This document shows, in pieces, positions 20,746-30,692 of a stretch of DNA of 64,000 nucleotides. The stretch lies in the IMG/VR virus record IMGVR_UViG_3300032304_001168, one strand, 5' to 3'. Each line of letters begins with the position of its first letter. Position 1 is the stretch's first letter. The notes beneath the pieces were generated by a model, which did not search any database, was not told the DNA's origin, and saw only the letters and a list, made by a program, of their open reading frames with translations. The DNA is from a virus. The translations under genes were made by a program, and so were the position numbers.

Positions 20746-20754
20746 ATTGTATCA

Positions 20755-20786
20755 CAAAATTACAATTTGATTTTCTTATTTCCAAA
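20755..20786 (-). promoter_or_regulatory. Bacteroidota-type promoter for the tRNA-like RNA
   Basis: TTTG (20786-83), 20-nt spacer, TAATTTTG (20762-55). Confidence 0.7.
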
Positions 20787-20787
20787 T

Positions 20788-21336
20788 TTATTCAAAAATA
20801 TATTCTCCCACCCATTGAGTCTTAACTAAAACTCCGTTTTGAATATGGGTATCTTTAGTTTCAAGATTAAATCCAATAGGCATCTTTGTTTGGTGGGATT
20901 GGATAAATTCAATAAAATCCCCTCCATACCAATTATTACCTTTATCTAATTGCCCTGCTTTAAAGGCCTCTCTCATATCCTCTTCTGTATATTTAAAACG
21001 TTCTTTGGCTTTGTTGTAGCCTTGAAAAAATCCATAATAAACATCATCTTGTGCATTATCATCATAATAGTTTTTAGAATACTCTTCAGCCATCACTTCT
21101 GCCTCATCTTCAAGAGGAGGTAATAAATCAACACCATTGAGAATGGAAGCTCCATTTAAAGGTAAATGTGCTATGATTTTTTTATGTAATAACGAATGAA
21201 TGTCATTCAAAGTATTAATCTGTTCTAATCCTATTGTACCATCAACGTATTTTTCTAATACAATATCTCCTATTTTAATCTCTGAATCATCTACAACAAG
21301 TAGATAGTTGTTTGTTTGAATTATTTTGTGTTTCAT
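20788..21336 (-). CDS. Phage hypothetical protein
   Basis: 182 aa; TATTTTTG -7 box upstream. Confidence 0.75.
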   Translation of the reverse strand: MKHKIIQTNNYLLVVDDSEIKIGDIVLEKYVDGTIGLEQINTLNDIHSLLHKKIIAHLPLNGASILNGVDLLPPLEDEAEVMAEEYSKNYYDDNAQDDVYYGFFQGYNKAKERFKYTEEDMREAFKAGQLDKGNNWYGGDFIEFIQSHQTKMPIGFNLETKDTHIQNGVLVKTQWVGEYIFE

Positions 21337-21432
21337 AGTCTATTAATTTTTTACAAAAATAGACACACCAATTGACATTTCCAAGTAATAATCAAAAAAT
21401 ATTTTATTAAAACTTATGACTAACACCCAATG

Positions 21433-22284
21433 TTAAAATGCCATTACATCAAAATGGACTAGCTCTCCATTTATTTGTCCAATGTTTTCTCCGTGTAAAT
21501 CTTTTGTTGCAATATCGTTAGATTCCAACTTCAATAATAATTCTCTGTATTTTTCAATATAGTCTATCAATTCATCATAGGTAATATTTACACTCGAAAC
21601 TGGTTTTTCTCTTCTTGGAGTGTAATAATTACTCTCGTCTTCATCATCAAATTCTTCATCTTCCTCATCATCTTCATCACTACCAAAATAACCACTAATG
21701 CCAATTGGTGGAATATTATCTTCTGGTTCAGGATTTTCTAATCTGTTCACTAAGTTATCTAAATATTCTTCATCATAATCATCCCAAAAATCAGAGTCTG
21801 AATAATTTGCTCCCTCAAAAAACATTGTTGTGTAAATATGTTTTTCTGTTTTTGAAATTGGTTTTGCTTTGTCCATTAAGATACCATAAATGTTATATTC
21901 AGGATAATATTCATAACCATAATAATTTACAATACCAGGTATTTCTTTTCCTACTATTTTTTGGATACCTTCAATTTCATCCTCATCTTGAGTTAGTTTT
22001 AATATTTTTGTACCATCAGCGACAAATGCAATACCATTTAATCCCCTTCCGACATATGAAATTCTACTTATACCAAACTTATCAGATAAATCCTTTACAA
22101 TATCTTTAATATCATCACCACCAAGTCCTAATTTAATCTTATTTAGTCCTCTTTCGTTTTGAGTTAAAACATCTGTTTTCCAATCCTTTCTTAAATTTTT
22201 GATATTTCTAATATCACCAAAATTACCTAATTGTTCGGTTAAAAATTGGTTCAATATTTGTTTAATTATGGTTCTATTTGTCAT
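21433..22284 (-). CDS. Protein kinase-like fold protein with leader
   Basis: GRGLNG loop, KILKLT, DLHGENIG catalytic loop, HFD; acidic insert; leader ..NQFLTE. Confidence 0.75.
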   Translation of the reverse strand: MTNRTIIKQILNQFLTEQLGNFGDIRNIKNLRKDWKTDVLTQNERGLNKIKLGLGGDDIKDIVKDLSDKFGISRISYVGRGLNGIAFVADGTKILKLTQDEDEIEGIQKIVGKEIPGIVNYYGYEYYPEYNIYGILMDKAKPISKTEKHIYTTMFFEGANYSDSDFWDDYDEEYLDNLVNRLENPEPEDNIPPIGISGYFGSDEDDEEDEEFDDEDESNYYTPRREKPVSSVNITYDELIDYIEKYRELLLKLESNDIATKDLHGENIGQINGELVHFDVMAF

Positions 22285-22290
22285 ATTTTA

Positions 22291-22908
22291 TTAGTTTAAA
22301 CTATTAAATCTATCAAAAACAATCGTGGTACATCTTTCTAATGTTTCACTGAATGTTTCCTCATTTTCATCATTTAATTCTGTAAAATTAATTTTTTCCC
22401 ACCATTTCTTGTCTTTAAAATTTATCTTTTTGTTAAGAGTCAATAATAATCTGGCCAAATGTAAACATTCGTGAGGTATTACTCTTAATGCCATATGTTC
22501 TTCTTTCATCCTCTCACAATTAATAAATAAAAATATTTTACCATCAAATACATTTGTTAATCCTGCAATAAAGGCATTATATTTTTCAGTTTCATCATTG
22601 TATTTTAATTCTTTTAATTTTTCTTCACAATCTTTTCTAGTTAATCCTGCCACTTCATCAGTGTTGAAAACATCAAATATCGCTAAACTATCCTTACCAA
22701 ATATGAGATGAAATGATGGTGTTACTATTTTCTTTTTGTTACTATCTGGGGTCTCAAATGGTTCAATTGTGATAATCTCGTGGGATAATATACCTTTTGT
22801 TTTTTTAACTTTTTGTGTTTCAAATTTAAATGATAAATCTTCTTTTTTTTCAAAAAGAAGTCCCATTATTGATTTTACTCTATTTATATTTTCAATTAAA
22901 TTATTCAT
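22291..22908 (-). CDS. Leader-bearing HEXXH metallopeptidase-like protein
   Basis: MNNLIENINRVKSIMGLLFE; PHECLH..NEE. Confidence 0.65.
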   Translation of the reverse strand: MNNLIENINRVKSIMGLLFEKKEDLSFKFETQKVKKTKGILSHEIITIEPFETPDSNKKKIVTPSFHLIFGKDSLAIFDVFNTDEVAGLTRKDCEEKLKELKYNDETEKYNAFIAGLTNVFDGKIFLFINCERMKEEHMALRVIPHECLHLARLLLTLNKKINFKDKKWWEKINFTELNDENEETFSETLERCTTIVFDRFNSLN

Positions 22909-23561
22909 AGATATAAATTACCTTTAACACCAAATTTATTTTTAATTTCATCAATACTCATTCCACTATCTTTTAATTCTTTTCCAAGTGGGGTATATTG
23001 TAAACCTAAATTACGCCCAACTGAAATTAAATTAGGTAATGATTCAATTCTTGAACCCCATAACTCAAGAGTACCAACTTCTTTTAAGTTAGGTAATGAT
23101 TTAATGTTTTTTACAAAATTCAATTTGAATAAACCATCAACTGAAGTTAAATTAGGTATTGATGTAATTTTACAATTATTATAAATGGATATATTCTTAT
23201 TTGTACTTACTAACTCATCCAAATCACCATCATTTAATCTGAAAAAATGTATTGTTTTCAAATTTGGTAATTTGAATATTAAGTCAATTGTTGTTTTTGA
23301 TAAGTTATCATACACTTCTAAAATAGTCTTTTTTGTTATTTTTTTCAAATTTATTACATATGGTTTATATTTAAAAAGTTTGAATAATTCTTCATAATTT
23401 TCCAATATTGTACTCTGTTTGATTTTTAAACCTTTTGCAATCTGGAATGCCATATCAATATTTGTTTCATCAAATGTTTCAATTAAGTACATAATCTGTC
23501 CGAGATATTCCTCGTTTTCCAATATTAGTTTATACTGACTTTCTGTTATTATTATTTTCAT
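22905..23561 (-). CDS. Leader-bearing leucine-rich repeat protein
   Basis: MKIIITESQYKLILE; SLPNLxxVG repeats; same C-cap as the 11884 gene. Confidence 0.8.
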   Translation of the reverse strand: MKIIITESQYKLILENEEYLGQIMYLIETFDETNIDMAFQIAKGLKIKQSTILENYEELFKLFKYKPYVINLKKITKKTILEVYDNLSKTTIDLIFKLPNLKTIHFFRLNDGDLDELVSTNKNISIYNNCKITSIPNLTSVDGLFKLNFVKNIKSLPNLKEVGTLELWGSRIESLPNLISVGRNLGLQYTPLGKELKDSGMSIDEIKNKFGVKGNLYL

Positions 23562-23562
23562 T

Positions 23563-25209
23563 TTATATTTTGTTTAATCTATTAACTAAATAATCATTAT
23601 AATTACGTTCATCTATATTAGGATACCAATTGTCATTGAATCTAGGTTTTGGTATATCAATATTTCCTTCACTTAATAATTCATTAAATACACAACTAGG
23701 ATTATCATCACAATTCTCATAGTATTCATCAAGAGTGTCTTCATTAATATTATTAGTATAATATTTCAAATCAATTTGTATTTTAATTGTCTCTTCACTG
23801 AATTCAATAACATTTCCATATTCTTCTAAAGTTGATTTTAAGGTATTTCTTAAATAATCAACATATTCATTACCAGCAATATCGTTTTCAGCCCCACTAA
23901 TTGCATTACGAATATCATAGTTGTCATCATATTGTTCTAATTTGTCCTCCAAGTCCATATCTTCATCAACTTCATCACCACTTTTACTAATCCATTCGTT
24001 AATCATTGACTCAATTAATTTTTCATTTTCAGGGTTTACATAGTAATCAAGTGCTGTTTTCCAATCACTTCCCCAATCCATATCCCAAACATCATTCCAA
24101 ATTGAATCGGACATTATTTTTTCATACCAACTTTCTCTTTCCTTTTCCTCTTTACCCTCACTATTTTTATATCTACGAGTTGAATAAGTATCACCCTGCA
24201 AATATATTCCAAGTTCATTTGGTGATATTTCTAATACAAATCTTGTTTGGGGAGGTTCAACATCAATAATACCCATCTCACCCAACTTTCTTTTTAAACC
24301 TCTTGTATTAAATATTTTAGGTCTATCGTTATATATTTTTCTAATTGTTGCTTCAGGTAAATCAGATAACTTGAAATCTTGTTGTGAATCATATTCACTT
24401 CCAAATCCTTGAATTAAATATTCATCATCACCTGTAGTATCCCAACTACCTGAAGTATAGAACAATGGTTCAATATATTTGTGATATTCTTCTTTTGGTT
24501 TTGAGTTTTTAGGCCCTTTTAATTGATATAATGTTCCATCAGTATCAATAGCAGCAGTTAAATGACTTCTATTAATCTTATATTTTCCACCAGGTAAAAC
24601 TTTATCACTTCTTAATGAATATAGATAACCATATGAACTTCTTCCACAATGTCCCATTCTTTCACATTCTTCAGGTGAGTTTTTAACACCAAGGTCAGCC
24701 CAATAATATCCTTCACCATTTTCATTTCTAAAATCAATTAGGATTGGAGCATTTTCAATATAATTTATGGCACCATTACCAATATTTAAACTATCGTGCC
24801 ATTGACTTGATAGTGAAGCAATTTGTAGTATTGATAAATCATCCAAACTACTTTTATTACCATTCAATCCCACTCGGATATAATCCATAATTCCAGGTAA
24901 TACTCTTCTGAGTGTAGATTTGGTCATTGAATTTACACGATGTTGTGCCCATTTTAACATATCTTTATGTGCAACACCAGGGTTTGACTTAGTTTTATTA
25001 TCTTCATAATAATATTTTAGATATTTGTTAGCCAACCATATTGCTAATTTTCCACAAATTTCATCGAATACTTCGGCCAAGTCTTCATTTATTCCCAACT
25101 TATCCATTAGGATTTCTTTTTTGGATTCATTCAACAATCCAAAATTATCATTATACTCCTTTAATAAATTTAGGATTTTTTTGTGGTAATATTTTTCTTT
25201 TAATTTCAT
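23563..25209 (-). CDS. PcfJ-like domain protein with leader
   Basis: ECERMGHCG..LYSLRS..SHLTA..YQLKGPKNSKP. Confidence 0.65.
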   Translation of the reverse strand: MKLKEKYYHKKILNLLKEYNDNFGLLNESKKEILMDKLGINEDLAEVFDEICGKLAIWLANKYLKYYYEDNKTKSNPGVAHKDMLKWAQHRVNSMTKSTLRRVLPGIMDYIRVGLNGNKSSLDDLSILQIASLSSQWHDSLNIGNGAINYIENAPILIDFRNENGEGYYWADLGVKNSPEECERMGHCGRSSYGYLYSLRSDKVLPGGKYKINRSHLTAAIDTDGTLYQLKGPKNSKPKEEYHKYIEPLFYTSGSWDTTGDDEYLIQGFGSEYDSQQDFKLSDLPEATIRKIYNDRPKIFNTRGLKRKLGEMGIIDVEPPQTRFVLEISPNELGIYLQGDTYSTRRYKNSEGKEEKERESWYEKIMSDSIWNDVWDMDWGSDWKTALDYYVNPENEKLIESMINEWISKSGDEVDEDMDLEDKLEQYDDNYDIRNAISGAENDIAGNEYVDYLRNTLKSTLEEYGNVIEFSEETIKIQIDLKYYTNNINEDTLDEYYENCDDNPSCVFNELLSEGNIDIPKPRFNDNWYPNIDERNYNDYLVNRLNKI

Positions 25210-28200
25210 AAATGGTATCTTTCAATATAATTTAAGCTGTCATTTAGTTGTTCATTGAAGTGATTATTGTCAATATCAACTTCATCTATATTAGGTCTTC
25301 TCCAATAAGGTACTGATATAATTTCTTTATCAACTAACTTACTAAATACGTCATCTACTAATATATCACCATGGTCTTCCTCCACTTCATCATATGTTTC
25401 AATAACTTTTGGGTCATCAATATCAACAAGTTCTTCAATATCACCTTCTATTGTAATTCCATATTTCGTAACTCTAACCCAACCATAACCTTCAAGTGTA
25501 GTTAATAAAGATTCTTTTAATTTTCCAATTGCCGAATCAGATATACTATCACGATAACAATTGTGATAAACTTCGTAAGTATAATTAATAATTAAATTTA
25601 TGGTATCAATTTTTCTTATTAAATTAGCCAGTCTTGATATTTGTAAACTCCATTCTGTAATCTTCTCAACTTCTTCCAATTGTTTTAATTGTTCTTCAGT
25701 TGGTTTCATCATTTTTAATAATCTTATCATATGTGACCTTAATCCAGCATAAACATTTTCTTTTAAAACTTTTTCTAATGATGGTTCTTTATAACTAGGT
25801 AATGAATATTCTTCACCAATCCATTCATATAATTCATTTATTTTTTTGGGGTCAAAAAGAGCCTCGGATAAGTATGTATTCACCTCATAACTTGACCCAT
25901 AATTATTTCTTTGCTTTTGTGTGTGAATTACTTCATCATTATCAATATAATAATGTATATATTCAAAATCAGTTTCAAAATAAAAATCAGTCGGTAATGG
26001 TTCAACTTCTATTTCAATTCCCAATTCAGCCATTTTACTTTTTAACCCTCTTGATTTGAAAAGTTCTGGTCTTATACCATACAAATCTTTGAGTGTCTGC
26101 ATTGGTAAATCTTCCAATTTGAAATCTTGTTGTGAAGCATATTCACTTCCAAATCCTTTGATTAAATAATCATCATCTTCATCTTGTAAATCAAATAAAG
26201 GTAAAATGAATTTATGATATTCTTCTTTTGGTTTTGAGTTCTTAGGTCCTTTTAATTGGTATATTATCCCATCATTACTTATTGATGCTGTTAAATGACT
26301 ATCATTAACCTTATACTTTCCATCTGGTGTTAATCTATAGCTCCTTAATGAATATAATGACCCAGAAGAACTTCTTCCACAATGTCCCATCCTTTCACAC
26401 TCTTCAGTAGAATTATTCGTTTGTAGGTTAACCCAGTAATATCCTACACCATTTTCATTTCTAAAATCAATTAGGATTGGATTGTTTTCAATATAATTTA
26501 TTTTACTATCACCAACATTCAAACTATCGTGCCATTCTTTTGATTTATCTTTAATTTGTTCAAAAGTTAAATTATCTAACGATGATTTATTCCCATTCAA
26601 TCCATTAGTAACATAATCCATAATTGAAGTTAAATCCTGTCTTAATTGTGATGTTGGATTTAATTCTTTTGCTAAAGATTTTATAGGCATACTAGTAACC
26701 CTTTGAAAACTTTCTAATACTTTTCTAGTTAAAAAAATGGATAACCCACCCGCAATTGAGTCAAACATTTGAGCTGTTTCAGGTTTCAATCCAACTTTAT
26801 TTATTAAATCATCCAATTTTGATTTGGCCTCAGTAAGGATGTCACTATGTTTGGAGTTATACTCTTTTAATAGTTTTATAATCTTGTTTTGATGGTAAAT
26901 TTCATTCATTGATTCTCTTTTAATTATTTCCTCCAACTTATTCAATTGTCTATATAATCTCTTGTTGAATATTTCAACATTAATTTTTATTTCACTTACA
27001 TTAGGTATTTCCCAAATAGGTTTTTCAGCTAGGTCACGTTTCACTATCATATCAACAACACTATCCATATAAAACTCATCAAAATCCTCTTCAACTTTAT
27101 TATAAATTTCAATAATATTAGGATTAGTTATATCAACTATTTCACTAAGGTCACCCATTATTCTAATTTGGTTGTGTCGCGTATCATTGATAATTGAACC
27201 ATAGTATTCAAGAGTTTGAATTAACCTTGAATAATAATCATCATATAATGGTTCCATCAATACTTGCCTATATATTTTAGATATTTCAGCACTAATATCA
27301 CTACCGGCTTCAGTTTTTTTAATTAATATTGGTAATGATACTTGATTGAATTTTAATTTTTCATCAATTGGAACTTCAAGCATAATAATTTGTCTCATAT
27401 AATCTTTGAGTTCCTCACTAACATATTTTTCCAAAATATCCTCAGCGTAAATATTGCCGTGAATGTCAATATATTTTTCCAATGATTCATAATCACCAGA
27501 CAAAATAATCTCAGATAAATAAATAGTTTTATTCCAATAATTACGGACAACATCAAACCCAGATTCATCACCTTGAATATATTTGGTTATCTCCCCATAT
27601 GGAATAGATATATCAAAATCTGTTGGTAATGGATCAACTTCGATTTCAATTCCAAATTCTGCCATTTTACTTTGTAATGCTCTTGATTTGAATATTTTAG
27701 GTCTTACCCTATATAAATCTTTGAGAGTCTCCATTGGTAAATCTTCCAATTTAAAGTCTTCTTGGGTATCGTATTCTGTCCCAAAACCTTGAATCAAATA
27801 TTCATCATCCTCATTTTTAACATCAAATAATGGTAAAATATATCTATGATATTTTTCACTTGGTTTTGAATTTTTTGAACCTTTTAATTGATATAATTTT
27901 CCATTATCACCAATTGATGCGGTTAAATGACTTTTATTAACCTTATATTTTCCATTTTGTTGATAACTTCTTAATGAATATAAACTACCTAAACTACTTC
28001 TTCCACAATGACCCATTCTCTCACATTCTTCTTTGGAGTCTTTTGTTCTTAAATCAACCCAATAATATCCATTACCATCTTCATTTCTAAAATCAATTAT
28101 GATTGGATTTTTTTCAATATAATTTATTTTTCCACTACCTATATTTAAACTTCTATGCCACTCATCAGCTTTACCAATAATTTCAGTAAGTGTTAAATTA

Positions 28201-28562
28201 TCTAATGAAGATTTATTTCCACCTAACTCACGTATAATATAATCCATAATTCTTGACAATACTTGAGTCAATGAATTAATTGGTTCTTGATTTAATTGAG
28301 TTTTAGCCCAAGTTTCAAAAACTTCTTCAGGTACTTTTTCTCTAGTTAAAGTTTTTGCTTTATTAATGTAATGTCGTAAATAAACATCTCTAACTAACCA
28401 AATAGATAGTTTCTTTCCTATTTCATCAAATACTTTTGCAACATCTTCTTTTAATCCAAATTTGTTCATTAGGATTTCCTTCTTGGATTCATTCAACAAT
28501 CCAAAATTATCATTATATTCCTTTAATAATTGTATTATTTTCTTTTGATTAATTAATGACAT
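25206..28562 (-). CDS. Tandem two-unit PcfJ-like domain protein with leader
   Basis: Two copies of the ECERMGHCGRSS unit; likely start at 28562; internal second leader at 26909. Confidence 0.7.
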   Translation of the reverse strand: MSLINQKKIIQLLKEYNDNFGLLNESKKEILMNKFGLKEDVAKVFDEIGKKLSIWLVRDVYLRHYINKAKTLTREKVPEEVFETWAKTQLNQEPINSLTQVLSRIMDYIIRELGGNKSSLDNLTLTEIIGKADEWHRSLNIGSGKINYIEKNPIIIDFRNEDGNGYYWVDLRTKDSKEECERMGHCGRSSLGSLYSLRSYQQNGKYKVNKSHLTASIGDNGKLYQLKGSKNSKPSEKYHRYILPLFDVKNEDDEYLIQGFGTEYDTQEDFKLEDLPMETLKDLYRVRPKIFKSRALQSKMAEFGIEIEVDPLPTDFDISIPYGEITKYIQGDESGFDVVRNYWNKTIYLSEIILSGDYESLEKYIDIHGNIYAEDILEKYVSEELKDYMRQIIMLEVPIDEKLKFNQVSLPILIKKTEAGSDISAEISKIYRQVLMEPLYDDYYSRLIQTLEYYGSIINDTRHNQIRIMGDLSEIVDITNPNIIEIYNKVEEDFDEFYMDSVVDMIVKRDLAEKPIWEIPNVSEIKINVEIFNKRLYRQLNKLEEIIKRESMNEIYHQNKIIKLLKEYNSKHSDILTEAKSKLDDLINKVGLKPETAQMFDSIAGGLSIFLTRKVLESFQRVTSMPIKSLAKELNPTSQLRQDLTSIMDYVTNGLNGNKSSLDNLTFEQIKDKSKEWHDSLNVGDSKINYIENNPILIDFRNENGVGYYWVNLQTNNSTEECERMGHCGRSSSGSLYSLRSYRLTPDGKYKVNDSHLTASISNDGIIYQLKGPKNSKPKEEYHKFILPLFDLQDEDDDYLIKGFGSEYASQQDFKLEDLPMQTLKDLYGIRPELFKSRGLKSKMAELGIEIEVEPLPTDFYFETDFEYIHYYIDNDEVIHTQKQRNNYGSSYEVNTYLSEALFDPKKINELYEWIGEEYSLPSYKEPSLEKVLKENVYAGLRSHMIRLLKMMKPTEEQLKQLEEVEKITEWSLQISRLANLIRKIDTINLIINYTYEVYHNCYRDSISDSAIGKLKESLLTTLEGYGWVRVTKYGITIEGDIEELVDIDDPKVIETYDEVEEDHGDILVDDVFSKLVDKEIISVPYWRRPNIDEVDIDNNHFNEQLNDSLNYIERYHL

Positions 28563-28764
28563 AATATTTTTTATATAAACTATAAATATTAAAGATTCTG
28601 TCTTTATACCTATTAACCCACAAAAATAAAACCCCACTTTTTATGGTGGAACTGATACATTTGTAAAACCCTCAATGTTTCTATATGAACATAATAAACG
28701 ATTAATGTGTAAGAATATAAACACACATTAATATTGAGTATAATAGAAAATAAAAATTATTATT

Positions 28765-29439
28765 TTATTCTTTAAAATCAAGTTTGGTTTTATTTTCCAA
28801 TTCTTTTAAAGTTATTTTATAATTTTCCAAATTTTCTTTTGTTATTACATTAGGGAATAGGTAACAATAAATCTCATTTGTTTTCTGATTTATTATTACC
28901 TTATAAAAATGAGTTGGTATTTTTACATTATTTCCCAACTTTTTTGAATTTTTAGATATTATTGTCCCAGTAATAATAATTAATTTTTTTGTCTTTCCCC
29001 ATTCTCTTATTTGATTTTCCATTTTTTTCCATATACCTCTGTTTAAATTTGGATTCTGTGGTGATACATTTGTTAAATAAAAACTTTCATTCATAGATTC
29101 TTCATTAAAATCCATATCTTCAGCTGGAACTAAATGTCCTTTATCGTAACCCGACTTTAAATAATCATTATTACTTGCAGTATTTTTTGTTGCCGGGTCA
29201 TCTGAAAAATTGTTATTTCTTCTTATGTCGTTATTATTTTCCTTATATTCATAGATTGTCCATTCAGGGTTTTTGTTCTTAAATGAATATGACACAGTAT
29301 AGAATTTGTGTTCAATTATTGTATCCGCATTTGTTGATGGATAATATTTTTTTAGTGGGGATATCGTATCGATTTTCCCCACATTAGAAAAACAACTTTC
29401 AATTATTAAAAAGAAAAAAAATACGCCAATATATCTCAT
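28765..29439 (-). CDS. DNA/RNA non-specific endonuclease (NucA/EndA family) with signal peptide
   Basis: YDKGHL, NVSPQ..NRGIWKKME, IPTHFYKV; hydrophobic N-terminus followed by Cys. Confidence 0.88.
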   Translation of the reverse strand: MRYIGVFFFFLIIESCFSNVGKIDTISPLKKYYPSTNADTIIEHKFYTVSYSFKNKNPEWTIYEYKENNNDIRRNNNFSDDPATKNTASNNDYLKSGYDKGHLVPAEDMDFNEESMNESFYLTNVSPQNPNLNRGIWKKMENQIREWGKTKKLIIITGTIISKNSKKLGNNVKIPTHFYKVIINQKTNEIYCYLFPNVITKENLENYKITLKELENKTKLDFKE

Positions 29440-29451
29440 TTGTTATTTTTT

Positions 29452-29892
29452 TTATTTCAAGTATTTTAGTTTGTATATTGTTTGATTCAAAAGTGTACAG
29501 ACATTATCAATTTCATTCTGTAACCAACTATCTTTACAACAATCCCTAAGTTTGGTTACTTTATCACAAACATTATGAAAGAAAGATACAGTTGATTCAT
29601 TACCTTTATATTCAACTAAAGGATAGTTTTTATAACCTTTAACAATACCATATTTACCTTGATACGATTCTGTAATACTATCTATAAGACCAACAATTTC
29701 ATCATAATAACCTTCTAATGCCTTATGTTCGGCAAATGACTCAGTTTGAAGGTGGAATGTGTGTGCTTGGGTTCTTGAATGAAATAACAATGATATCATT
29801 TCAACAAAATCACCTTTATCTGATTCTTGTTCTAGGATTAAACCTCTTTTCTTGGCTTCTTCCATTACGGTTTTTTTAATTTTGTCTTCCAT
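29452..29892 (-). CDS. Dps/ferritin-like phage protein with leader
   Basis: HTFHLQT..AEHKAL..YYD..D...ESYQG; ..GLILEQE. Confidence 0.75.
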   Translation of the reverse strand: MEDKIKKTVMEEAKKRGLILEQESDKGDFVEMISLLFHSRTQAHTFHLQTESFAEHKALEGYYDEIVGLIDSITESYQGKYGIVKGYKNYPLVEYKGNESTVSFFHNVCDKVTKLRDCCKDSWLQNEIDNVCTLLNQTIYKLKYLK

Positions 29893-30003
29893 ATTTTTTT
29901 ATTTATAAATATAACAATAAAATGAAAAAAGGAGACAATTACGTCTCCTTTTATAGGACCGATAGAATCGGACTCCACCACCTCATTTTTCTAAATAAGG
30001 AAA

Positions 30004-30135
30004 CTACTTCTTATGGTAAGAACTATCTTTTTCAACCTTGTGACAAGGTTTCTCAACTTTAGTACAACAAGCTTTCTTTGCTGGACAACAAGCTACCATA
30101 AGAACTACAAACATACCAAATAAAAACAATTTCAT
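30004..30135 (-). CDS. Small Cys-rich putative lipoprotein (43 aa; not in ORF track)
   Basis: MKLFLFGMFVVLMVA-CCPAKKACCTKVEKPCHKVEKDSSYHKK. Confidence 0.6.
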   Translation of the reverse strand: MKLFLFGMFVVLMVACCPAKKACCTKVEKPCHKVEKDSSYHKK

Positions 30136-30153
30136 ATTCAAGTAATTTAATGT

Positions 30154-30429
30154 TTATTTTGTGACTAGAGCTTCAATCTTTGATTTGACAATCTCTGTCA
30201 TATCATAAGTATTTACATTGGTTGTAATTATTGAATCAACAAGTTTATCATAAGGAATATGTACTAAAAAGTCAACTCCATTGAAAAATGTTAACGCATT
30301 TTTAAGTTCCAAGGATCCTTGAATCATCTTGAGAAACAACTTGAATTGAACATCGTTAATGAAATTCTCGTTAAGGATTGTTCCAAATTTTTCATTAACA
30401 ATCTTGATGTTATACATTGTCGTGTTCAT
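30154..30429 (-). CDS. Hypothetical protein
   Basis: 91 aa. Confidence 0.7.
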   Translation of the reverse strand: MNTTMYNIKIVNEKFGTILNENFINDVQFKLFLKMIQGSLELKNALTFFNGVDFLVHIPYDKLVDSIITTNVNTYDMTEIVKSKIEALVTK

Positions 30430-30688
30430 TTGTCTGAGTTATTTTATTGTAATTAAATTTACTTGCGAATTCCATTGCGTCTTCTAAACTATTCCAACAC
30501 ATTTTAGTCCATAAAGAGTTCCAATAAACATCATCTTTTTTTCTGTGGGTTAAAATATACCAGGATAAACCACTTCTTGAAATTTGTATATGAAAATTAT
30601 CTTTTCTACAATTCCAAGTCACCCTAGTATTGAAACCATATTCAATTTTTTGGGTGAATGTGGTTTTATTTACAATTTTCTTTTCCAT
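30410..30688 (-). CDS. Hypothetical protein
   Basis: 92 aa. Confidence 0.65.
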   Translation of the reverse strand: MEKKIVNKTTFTQKIEYGFNTRVTWNCRKDNFHIQISRSGLSWYILTHRKKDDVYWNSLWTKMCWNSLEDAMEFASKFNYNKITQTNEHDNV

Positions 30689-30692
30689 ATTA

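Noticed and set aside
28700-28730. Hairpin ATTAATGTGT..ACACATTAAT as another attC
   Set aside because: Lacks flanking TAAC/GTTA boxes and the conserved loop; more likely a terminator
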